Source: Pyrolobus fumarii 1A
Lineage (GTDB): Archaea > Thermoproteota > Thermoprotei_A > Sulfolobales > Pyrodictiaceae
Assembly: GCF_000223395.1 (NCBI RefSeq)
Contig: NC_015931.1
Coordinates: 1,440,001-1,472,000, forward strand
DNA: 32,000 nucleotides
Reading direction: 5' to 3'
The position numbers were made by a program, and so were the translations under genes. Positions 26,367 through 32,000 of this stretch are shown here, one piece after another (the first letter of the stretch is position 1; each line of letters begins with the position of its first letter). Under the pieces are notes generated by a model. That model did not search any database and was not told where the DNA came from. It worked only from the letters and a program-made list of their open reading frames with translations.

Positions 26367-26600
26367 GTGCTCTTGCCCGGGACACAGAAGAGTCAATCCT
26401 CTGGCGGCCTCCTTTCTAAAGAGGAGCTACTCCAGCTGCTACGCCCTACTGTCGAAGAAGAGGCGATAGTCGAGGTCAAGGGAGATATTGCGGTGTTAAA
26501 GACGGCTTCTGGTGCGCAAGCACTTCTCCCAATTAGAGAGGTTTGTAAAATAGCTGAACGTTTCAACTTGAAACTGCGTGGCTATAGATGCAGAAAGTGA
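26367..26600 (+). CDS. Small hypothetical protein (about 60-77 aa, start uncertain)
   Basis: Only GTG 26367 and TTG 26373 are available as starts. The C-terminal two thirds look protein-like (KEELLQLLRPTVEEEAIVEVKGDIAVLKTASGAQALLPIREVCKIAERFNLKL). Confidence 0.35.
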   Translation: MLLPGTQKSQSSGGLLSKEELLQLLRPTVEEEAIVEVKGDIAVLKTASGAQALLPIREVCKIAERFNLKLRGYRCRK

Positions 26601-26765
26601 GCGTGACTATACAGTGTAGTGCCCGACGCGCTCCCGTGTTCATCCTACGGGCGGATACGCGCCCGAGTCACACGGGCCAGTAATATACGACCGCATACTC
26701 GGTTATCACTTTCCCCTCTACATGCACGTCTCTCCCGATGCCAGTGTTTGATACGGGATCGGCAG

Positions 26766-27005
26766 TTGGAGACTGCGTACATCATAACTGGAGAGTGTTG
26801 CATAGACGAGGTGTACGAGGCAGTAGCGCTTCTCGAAGAGGAGCTAGGCGTCAGGGTGCGTGTGATATACTCTCCGAATGTAAAGGGCGTACTCGTGAAT
26901 GGTGTACTAGTAGATCCGAGTCCGGAGGACATAGCGGCAAAGGCCGTAGAGACGATGGTAAGCTATTCCAACATAGAGAGTTTAATTCTCGCTTGCTGCT
27001 CTTGA
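26766..27005 (+). CDS. Small hypothetical protein (about 80 aa) with vicinal Cys pairs
   Basis: From TTG 26766 the sequence is protein-like (LETAYIITGECCIDEVYEAVALLEEELGVRVRVIYSPNVKGVLVNGVLVDPSPEDIAAKAVE...LACCS). The upstream 49 codons of the tracked ORF are Arg/Ser-rich and overlap a strong hairpin. Confidence 0.4.
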   Translation: METAYIITGECCIDEVYEAVALLEEELGVRVRVIYSPNVKGVLVNGVLVDPSPEDIAAKAVETMVSYSNIESLILACCS

Positions 27006-27587
27006 CTCGTGGCCTTTCAAAGGCTTTACAGTGATTATCGTCTCATTACCCCTCTCTTGTATTTCGATTTGCGTCGGTCCTAGGTAGAATACTGTAGCTG
27101 TCTGAAGCTTGTCGAGTAGTATGTTAACGAGTGTTGGGCTGTAAGCCTCGATGTGAAGGTTCTCGGCGCGCCGTCTGACATTAGGGCTTATCGTGTACTC
27201 AACAAACTTATGGTAGGGCTCTATAGCTATGTGTACACCCGCTAAGCGTCGAAGAACTATATGTCCAGGCTTTTCCTCCCTATACTCGCCGCTATCACTG
27301 AGAGAGACTAGCGAAAGTGTCTTTGAGAACTCCTCTAGCCTCCTCTCCGGCGGTTTTGTAGCCTCAGAGAATATCACTACGGCATCGTTGAGTGTGCTGC
27401 GTTGGGGCCACCCCGCAAGCCTCGCTTGCATCGTTAGAGCTTCGCCGCCAGAGGCATCTTCGAGAGGCTTAGCCTCGATAATGACTTGATTAGCGTCAAG
27501 GACTAACGCGTGAGCAGCACGTATCATATCATATCCTATACGTATGCCCGTGCGTTTTAGGAGGATCTCTGTGGAACGTAGGGGCAA
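26982..27587 (-). CDS. Hypothetical protein (201 aa; alternative ATG start at 27527)
   Basis: Long ORF with balanced composition. Convergent 24-nt overlap with 26766..27005. No motif recognised. Confidence 0.5.
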   Translation of the reverse strand: MPLRSTEILLKRTGIRIGYDMIRAAHALVLDANQVIIEAKPLEDASGGEALTMQARLAGWPQRSTLNDAVVIFSEATKPPERRLEEFSKTLSLVSLSDSGEYREEKPGHIVLRRLAGVHIAIEPYHKFVEYTISPNVRRRAENLHIEAYSPTLVNILLDKLQTATVFYLGPTQIEIQERGNETIITVKPLKGHESRAASEN

Positions 27588-27628
27588 GGCACTGCCGCCA
27601 ACACTAGATGCTAAGCGTCGGGGGTAAT

Positions 27629-27985
27629 ATGGGGAAGGTAGGACCGCCTATAACTGGGTTACCAGTAATGCCCTCGGATCTGCCTCTGGACGAGGTTCCG
27701 GAGGATGTACTCCGGGAGGTGCTAGAGGAGGAGAAGCGTATCTACCGCAACCGTAGCTATAAGAAAAAGCCATACCCGACGTCAAGGGATGTGATGGAGG
27801 CTGTTAGGGAGGCATTGAGAGTATCAACACGTATACATCCCGATGAATTCCCGGATGTGGTCCTCCACATATTGGAGTCTAAAGGGTTCGAGGTTAGGCA
27901 TGTCACGGTCAAAAGGATCTGGAGAGCGTATGAGACCTTAGTTAGGAAAGGAGTGATACGAGACGAGCTTGGTGTGATGATGTAG
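27629..27985 (+). CDS. Hypothetical protein (118 aa)
   Basis: The ATG at 27629 is preceded by the GGGGGT SD-like element. Acidic N-terminal half and a basic patch YRNRSYKKKPYP. The C-terminal segment VTVKRIWRAYETLVRKGVIRDELG could be an HTH. Confidence 0.5.
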   Translation: MGKVGPPITGLPVMPSDLPLDEVPEDVLREVLEEEKRIYRNRSYKKKPYPTSRDVMEAVREALRVSTRIHPDEFPDVVLHILESKGFEVRHVTVKRIWRAYETLVRKGVIRDELGVMM

Positions 27986-28030
27986 GGTTGGCGGGTGTTG
28001 GAGAGTAACGTTAACTTGTGACAAGCGCCG

Positions 28031-28483
28031 ATGGTATGTGGGATAGTGATGCCAGTCTACCTGAAGCACCGGGGAGTATGGCTCCGAGTAAAGGAAGTCT
28101 ATGCTATAGTCTCGACTGGGCGTCGTAAGCGTAGAGGCAAGCAGCGCTCTACTAGTACTTCATCGTCAAGCGGTATGCTGGTAGCTGAGAGTGTTGAACG
28201 CGTTCCTCTTAACGGTATGAAGTACAAGGTAGAGATACCCATAGCGTCCACGAGGGTCACCAGGTTTGCGGCCCAGCTTGTGCTGCGCGTGCCACACGTA
28301 ACGGTGGTTATCGAGCCCCGTGGTGACGACTATGTGGCCATAGTTTATGCAAGGAGTCGGAAGGAACTCCAGGAGTACAAGAACCTTGTTGAGAAGATAG
28401 CACGTGAAGTCGGCGTTGCAAGAGAAGAGGAGGAGGTTGAAGAGGAGGTTGAGGAGGTGGAAGAAGAGGCTGAGGAGGAGTGA
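28031..28483 (+). CDS. Hypothetical protein with basic N-terminal patch, Ser-rich linker, alpha/beta core and poly-acidic C-terminal tail
   Basis: RRKRRGKQRSTSTSSSS, then a core KYKVEIPIAS...VVIEPRGDDYVAIVYARS...LVEKIAREVG, then EEEEVEEEVEEVEEEAEEE. GTGA overlap with the next gene. Confidence 0.5.
   Translation: MVCGIVMPVYLKHRGVWLRVKEVYAIVSTGRRKRRGKQRSTSTSSSSGMLVAESVERVPLNGMKYKVEIPIASTRVTRFAAQLVLRVPHVTVVIEPRGDDYVAIVYARSRKELQEYKNLVEKIAREVGVAREEEEVEEEVEEVEEEAEEE
28430..28477 (+). repeat. Imperfect 12-nt tandem repeat (GAGGAGGTTGAA x4) encoding the acidic tail
   Basis: GAGGAGGTTGAA / GAGGAGGTTGAG / GAGGTGGAAGAA / GAGGCTGAGGAG, read directly. It also supplies GGAGG immediately upstream of the coupled GTG at 28480. 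Confidence 0.6.
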
Positions 28484-28821
28484 CGGACTATTGTGAGCTG
28501 TGCTGGGCTAGGCCAGCAATCAGCGAATGCCGTTTATGCCGTAGACGTGTGTGTACCGAGTGCATAGGCAGGCATGGTCTCTGTCTAGCGTGTGAAGCTA
28601 CGGTGTGTCGTTTGTGTGGCAAGAGACTTGCTGTAGGAACGTGTGCAGTGTGTAGCAGACTCGTCTGTGACGAGTGTTCTATCCAGTATAACCCGGTTGT
28701 GCGCATATGCGTAGAGTGTCGGTCGCGCGGCGGCAAACCTCCTAGAAAACCACCCAGCAGCCTGGTAAGGCTCACAGAGAAGTGGTTAGCCGAGCTAATA
28801 AGAGAGGCTCAGCGAAGTTAA
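28480..28821 (+). CDS. Zinc-binding protein with eight CxxC pairs in two tandem 8-Cys modules
   Basis: CELC-x8-CRLC-x4-CTEC-x6-CLAC-x4-CRLC-x7-CAVC-x4-CDEC-x10-CVEC (nt 28492-28716), followed by a basic Pro-rich tail. GTG start is coupled to the upstream stop. Confidence 0.6.
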   Translation: MTDYCELCWARPAISECRLCRRRVCTECIGRHGLCLACEATVCRLCGKRLAVGTCAVCSRLVCDECSIQYNPVVRICVECRSRGGKPPRKPPSSLVRLTEKWLAELIREAQRS

Positions 28822-29117
28822 GCTCCGTCATCCCCTCCAGGTCCTTGCGAGGCTCCGCTCATCACCACCTTGTCGAGCAACTTCTTCAGCGCCTCTATAA
28901 GGTAGCCCGGCTCGCCCGGTATCTCTTCAAGTACTTCTCCGCAGCATGCTATCACAGGCTCGTCTCTATCCTCTTCGACAAACCTCACATCTATCTCAAC
29001 ACCGTATTCTCGTGAGAGTATATCCGCTATGTCCTCTCGGAGCCATGCATATGCCGTCTCAGCCCAATACTCGCCCTTTCTACCCCTAACTTCGATGACA
29101 ATGCGTTTCCGCTGCAT
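28818..29117 (-). CDS. Small hypothetical protein (99 aa) downstream of the radical SAM gene
   Basis: MQRKRIVIEVRG...YGVEIDVRFVEEDRDEPVIACCGEVLEEIPGEPGYLIEALKKLL, with a Gly/Asp-rich tail. The ATG lies 91 nt inside the upstream gene, in another frame. Confidence 0.5.
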   Translation of the reverse strand: MQRKRIVIEVRGRKGEYWAETAYAWLREDIADILSREYGVEIDVRFVEEDRDEPVIACCGEVLEEIPGEPGYLIEALKKLLDKVVMSGASQGPGGDDGA

Positions 29118-30025
29118 CTAGATCCCCGTGGAAGAGGGACACGGTTAGGTATTAAGTGGCTGCCATCGCAGGACGGAGCGGTATGCAGGTGCTTGAACCC
29201 TTCTCTGCACGTTGCGAACTCCAAACCTAGCTTGTCTGCGATCCTCTTGACCCGCATTATCATCTCGAGGCGTTTATTGGCAGGTAGGTACCAATACCCA
29301 TGCATCCACGTGCCATCGCGTTTGTACATTCTCTCATAGAGGTCACGAAGCTCTGGGAATGTCTCTATAACCCGCTTTAGGTTATCAGGTCTCGCCTTGT
29401 AGGTAGACGTTACCACGAACCTCGCGCCAGCATCATGGGCGGCTTCTAGAACCTCGCGTATAGACTCCTCATCGTCATTCAGGTGGGGGAGTAGAGGATC
29501 CAGGCGTATACCAACTGGCACGCCATACTCGTGCAGTCTACGTATCGCCTCTATGCGTTCACGCGGTGATGGTGCACCAGGCTCAAGCTTCCGTGCAAGC
29601 TCATCGTCAAGGGTGGTAATTGTTATCGTTACAGCGGTGTTGCCCCTAGCTAGTACATCTGCGTCTCTGGCTACGAGGCTAGATTTTGTAGTGATGAGTA
29701 TACGGTAGCCACGTGGTACGAGAAATTCAAGAACTCTTCTTGTGAGCCTATAGACGCGCTCCTCTGGAGGGTATGGGTCACTACTAGTAGACATGTTGAT
29801 TGTAAGGCAAGGGTTCACAAAGCGCTTTAAGTCGTATTCCAGCCTCTCCAGTAACCTCTGCTTAGGCGTGCTCTTCTTCATGCCTATGTACGCGGTTGCG
29901 TAGCAATACCTGCAGAAGTGGCTACAACCGGTATACGGCTGTAACGAGTACTTGGGCGGGCAGGTGCATAGCGGGCTAGACCATGGGTCGAAAGAGCGTA
30001 TCACTAAGCCCGACTTCCGTGTCAT
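29027..30025 (-). CDS. Radical SAM protein, SplB/COG1533-like (second copy in the window)
   Basis: CxxxCxxC motif GCSHFCRYCY (about nt 29901-29930), LEPGAPSPRERIEAI block, RLDPLLPHLND block. The last ~40 codons are basic and low-complexity and overlap the next ORF. Confidence 0.8.
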   Translation of the reverse strand: MTRKSGLVIRSFDPWSSPLCTCPPKYSLQPYTGCSHFCRYCYATAYIGMKKSTPKQRLLERLEYDLKRFVNPCLTINMSTSSDPYPPEERVYRLTRRVLEFLVPRGYRILITTKSSLVARDADVLARGNTAVTITITTLDDELARKLEPGAPSPRERIEAIRRLHEYGVPVGIRLDPLLPHLNDDEESIREVLEAAHDAGARFVVTSTYKARPDNLKRVIETFPELRDLYERMYKRDGTWMHGYWYLPANKRLEMIMRVKRIADKLGLEFATCREGFKHLHTAPSCDGSHLIPNRVPLPRGSRCSGNALSSKLGVERASIGLRRHMHGSERT

Positions 30026-30033
30026 TAGCGGCT

Positions 30034-30456
30034 CTACACCCCAGCTGCTTCGAAGCGTCTACCCTCCTCACGGTAGTAGAGATGCGGTATGCCGAGTTGA
30101 AGTAGACGCCGGTGCAAACCTGTATCGGCGGTGACGGCTATAGCGTGTATATTCCGCCTCACATACTCTACTATTGCATCGTCTGCGAGTCTACCTGCCC
30201 TAAAATTGGGTGTTACACAACCCCTCTTCGAGACTATCTGGATAGCTAGGCGTGCTGCGACTCTTTTCCTAACGCTACGAGAGGATGCGTGCCGCTCAAG
30301 CTCTTCGAGCACCTGGGGTAGCACGACACATCTTGGCTTAGCGCCTAGAACCTCTTCAACAAGTTCGAAGACGGGAACCCCCTCAGCTAGGAGCATTAGC
30401 GCACTAGTGTCATAAACTGCTTCCGCGATTCTCCATGCTGGGCGCGAGCTTAGCAA
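30034..30456 (-). CDS. PIN-domain nuclease, Fcf1/COG1412-like
   Basis: Acidic PIN positions in VYDTSALM, VLEELER and AVTADTGLHRRL. About 140 aa with a TTG start. Confidence 0.65.
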   Translation of the reverse strand: MLSSRPAWRIAEAVYDTSALMLLAEGVPVFELVEEVLGAKPRCVVLPQVLEELERHASSRSVRKRVAARLAIQIVSKRGCVTPNFRAGRLADDAIVEYVRRNIHAIAVTADTGLHRRLLQLGIPHLYYREEGRRFEAAGV

Positions 30457-31135
30457 GTCTCTCTACCAGCTCATTGACACTACGTAGTGTGGAAAGGATT
30501 AGCGGAAGTCTCTCAGCCTCAGCCAGTCTGATGGCCAGAGGGTCCACGTTCTCACGAGGGCCGTGGATAACCACTACGGCCGGTTTTATCGGTGCAACTC
30601 TAACCGCTATCATAGGTGACCTGCCGGTCCCCACCCGTGTGAAGATCAATGCGCGCTCGCTAGTCATGCCCATTATGTAAATGAACTCGTTTCCTTCGAA
30701 TACCTCGATAGCCTCCAGGCTATCGAGTATTGTGTAGCCGTATATCCTCTCAGCCGTGTGGCTCGTTAGAAGCACACCATCAACAGCCGCTAGGAGCTCA
30801 TCGAATCGGATTCCTTCCTCGAAATCCCTAAGCTCGATGACACCCCTCTCTTCAACAGTCAGATGACGGGCGAGTTTACGTGTGACAGGCCACCCTCTTT
30901 CAGCATCTATCTCGAGAAGCGCCTCAACAAATCTCTTTACGAATCGCGCACCAGGCTGCCTCCTGCCGCGCTCGTAATCAGAGATTACCGTTGGATTTAC
31001 ACCCATGCGTTTAGCTATCTCGCTTCGAGTAACGCCAAACAGTTCTCGCCACTTCTTCATCGCAGCGCCCGGTGACGCTGACATCACTATATCGCCAGCT
31101 ATGCGTCGGGCAACAGCGAGTGCAGTGGTCTTCAC
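30410..31135 (-). CDS. XRE-type HTH protein with an uncharacterised ~170-aa C-terminal domain
   Basis: HTH_3-like segment WRELFGVTRSEIAKRMGVNPTVISDYERGRRQP. The 3' end overlaps the PIN gene by 47 nt. Confidence 0.65.
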   Translation of the reverse strand: MKTTALAVARRIAGDIVMSASPGAAMKKWRELFGVTRSEIAKRMGVNPTVISDYERGRRQPGARFVKRFVEALLEIDAERGWPVTRKLARHLTVEERGVIELRDFEEGIRFDELLAAVDGVLLTSHTAERIYGYTILDSLEAIEVFEGNEFIYIMGMTSERALIFTRVGTGRSPMIAVRVAPIKPAVVVIHGPRENVDPLAIRLAEAERLPLILSTLRSVNELVERLAKLAPSMENRGSSL

Positions 31136-31181
31136 GTTACCGGGCCCTCCCCAGGGGCCTCACTAGGTGGCTATGCTCACC

Positions 31182-31202
31182 CCCACTCTTATTAGGAGTG
31201 GG
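31182..31202. promoter_or_regulatory. Palindrome-embedded TATA element (CCCACTC-TTATTAG-GAGTGGG) between divergent genes
   Basis: A perfect 7-bp inverted repeat flanks TTATTA. It lies about 40 nt upstream of the S26e GTG and about 55 nt upstream of the divergent HTH gene. Confidence 0.4.
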
Positions 31203-31231
31203 AGTGTGGCGATAATGACCGGGTGCCGAGA

Positions 31232-31522
31232 GTGCCCAAGAAGAGGCAGAACAGAGGTAGGCACAAGGGTTCTAAGGGTCACGTGGGCGTAGTCCAGTGT
31301 GACAACTGTGGTAGGATAATACCACGTGACAAAGCGATATGTGTAACCAGGTACTACTCTCCGGTTGACCCACAGTTGGCACGCGAGCTTGAGAAGAAGG
31401 GCGCCATCATAATGAAGTATCCCGTCGAGAAGTGCTATTGTGTGAGCTGCGCGATACACTATGGCATTGTGAGGCAGAGGCCGCGCGAGGAGCGCAAGCC
31501 GAAGCCCTCAGTCCAGATCTAA
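31232..31522 (+). CDS. rps26e: 30S ribosomal protein S26e
   Basis: (M)PKKRQNRGRHKGSKGHVGVVQCDNCGRIIPRDKAICV...CYCVSCAIH is the eS26 pattern. The GTG at 31232 gives the canonical MPKKR start and is preferred to the tracked GTG at 31223. Confidence 0.9.
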   Translation: MPKKRQNRGRHKGSKGHVGVVQCDNCGRIIPRDKAICVTRYYSPVDPQLARELEKKGAIIMKYPVEKCYCVSCAIHYGIVRQRPREERKPKPSVQI

Positions 31523-31548
31523 AACTTGCTTTACAAGCTAACCTCACC

Positions 31549-31556
31549 TTTTTAAG
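31549..31556 (+). promoter_or_regulatory. TTTTTAAG: candidate TATA box for the ykgJ-like gene, and a T-tract terminator for S26e
   Basis: It lies about 30 nt upstream of ATG 31583, which is consistent with a leaderless or near-leaderless mRNA. Confidence 0.4.
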
Positions 31557-31582
31557 CAGGTGCACAACGTTAGGTTCGTGCC

Positions 31583-32000
31583 ATGACAAGGTATCGTGTA
31601 CTTCGGCTTGACGAGGCGTTTCGGTTTAAGTGCGTGCGTTGCGACTTCTGCTGTGGTACGGGTCCTAACGTATCGCTAACAGCGTTTGACATAGTGAGGA
31701 TAGCAAAGTTTCTGGGTATAGGATGGCGTGATGTGCTAAAAAGCTACGTCAAGGTGATAATAGCTGATATCGTGCCGTTCTTCTCGCTTCGCGACAAGGG
31801 TAACGGGGAATGTGTATTCATGGAAAGAAAGCCGAGTGGTGAGACACTCTGTGTGATATACCCAGCTAGGCCCATGAGATGCCGCCTCTATCCCGTGATA
31901 ATCGAGTCCCTTAAGCCAGAGAGGTTCTACCTCGATCTCATGTGTCCGGGTGTCGACAAGGGTAGTGAGACGAGAGTATCGATGCGTCTTATCGAGGAGT
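31583..32000 (+). CDS. YkgJ/UPF0153-type Cys-cluster (putative Fe-S/zinc) protein, 3' partial
   Basis: ATG at 31583. CVRCDFCCGTGP (CxxCxxCC), later ECVF, LCVIYPARPMRCRLYP. The frame is open to the window end, so it is absent from the ORF track. Confidence 0.7.
   Translation, partial: MTRYRVLRLDEAFRFKCVRCDFCCGTGPNVSLTAFDIVRIAKFLGIGWRDVLKSYVKVIIADIVPFFSLRDKGNGECVFMERKPSGETLCVIYPARPMRCRLYPVIIESLKPERFYLDLMCPGVDKGSETRVSMRLIEE

Noticed and set aside
26314-26385. A 24-codon extension of the minus-strand gene 25708..26385, overlapping the divergent small ORF.
   Set aside because: The internal ATG at 26313 has a GGGTGAT SD-like element at the correct distance, and the extension (MSRARAPPSHIGLCFKFSGLRVIE) looks non-coding.
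26633-26676. The nested hairpin interpreted as an archaeal H/ACA guide RNA.
   Set aside because: No ACA/ANA box lies 14-15 nt from the base of the upper stem. The lower stem is only 7 bp. No clear K-turn or K-loop is present. It is kept only as a generic structured-RNA candidate.
26619-26765. The first 49 codons of the tracked 128-aa ORF (MPDALPCSSYGRIRARVTRASNIRPHTRLSLSPLHARLSRCQCLIRDRQ).
   Set aside because: The stretch is Arg/Ser-rich with rare-looking CGN codons, and it coincides with the GC-rich hairpins. Protein-like sequence begins only at TTG 26766.
27974-28063. GTGATGA at 27974-27980 and CTGA at 28060-28063, considered as a possible C/D-box RNA spanning the 27986-28030 spacer.
   Set aside because: The boxes are about 85 nt apart. 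There is no D' at the expected 12-nt distance, and only 8 nt separate the putative C' from D. The first box is simply the last codons of the upstream gene.
28421-28480. A purine-rich GAG repeat, considered as a regulatory or CRISPR-like repeat.
   Set aside because: It lies in frame within a CDS and encodes the poly-Glu/Val tail. It has no spacer-repeat periodicity.
25221-28821. The small-gene block interpreted as an integrated virus or plasmid.
   Set aside because: No integrase, tRNA attachment site, flanking direct repeats or visible compositional shift is present. The idea is retained only as a minor alternative within the corresponding finding.
28809-28865. A C/D-box sRNA-like arrangement on the minus strand: GTGATGA (28865-28859), GGGATGA (28834-28828) and CTGA (28812-28809), total length about 57 nt.
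   Set aside because: No D' box is present. The C'-to-D spacer is 15 nt instead of about 12. There is no convincing terminal stem. The element lies inside the 3' end of a plausible CDS, so it is probably a chance match.

Overview
This is a gene-dense, moderately GC-rich chromosomal segment with about 36 CDS and no spacer longer than about 165 nt. It reads like a hyperthermophilic crenarchaeon. That is an inference from gene content: archaeal-type ApgM, a herA-mre11-rad50 operon, ribosomal protein S26e, an aKMT-like lysine methyltransferase, an Fcf1-type PIN protein, TATA-type promoters, many 4-nt start/stop overlaps and frequent GTG/TTG starts. Genes I recognise with confidence are apgM (5' partial), a UbiA-family prenyltransferase with a UbiD-family decarboxylase, glnA, herA-mre11-rad50, cysS, S26e, two SplB-like radical SAM enzymes, a GNAT-ABC ATPase fusion, DUF488, a THUMP protein and a YkgJ-type Cys-cluster protein (3' partial). 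I see no rRNA, tRNA, CRISPR array, integrase, transposase or other mobile-element signature. Five things are most worth a second look. (1) At 21.8-25.2 kb, a [NiFe]-hydrogenase large-subunit-like protein has a degraded C-terminal Ni-binding motif; a degenerate maturation-protease-like gene lies divergently upstream and a polytopic membrane protein follows, with no small subunit. (2) A radical SAM gene is paired with a GNAT/Zn-ribbon/ABC-ATPase fusion gene. (3) An HTH-PIN-radical SAM-small protein operon is tightly overlapped. (4) At 25.2-28.8 kb, a block of small orphan genes (wHTH proteins, a tandem 8-Cys zinc protein, a protein with basic head and acidic tail) surrounds a structured 165-nt spacer. 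(5) The conserved N-terminus of the UbiD homologue has no ATG/GTG/TTG start. All family assignments come from reading motifs by eye and recalling family consensus. None has been checked by a database search.
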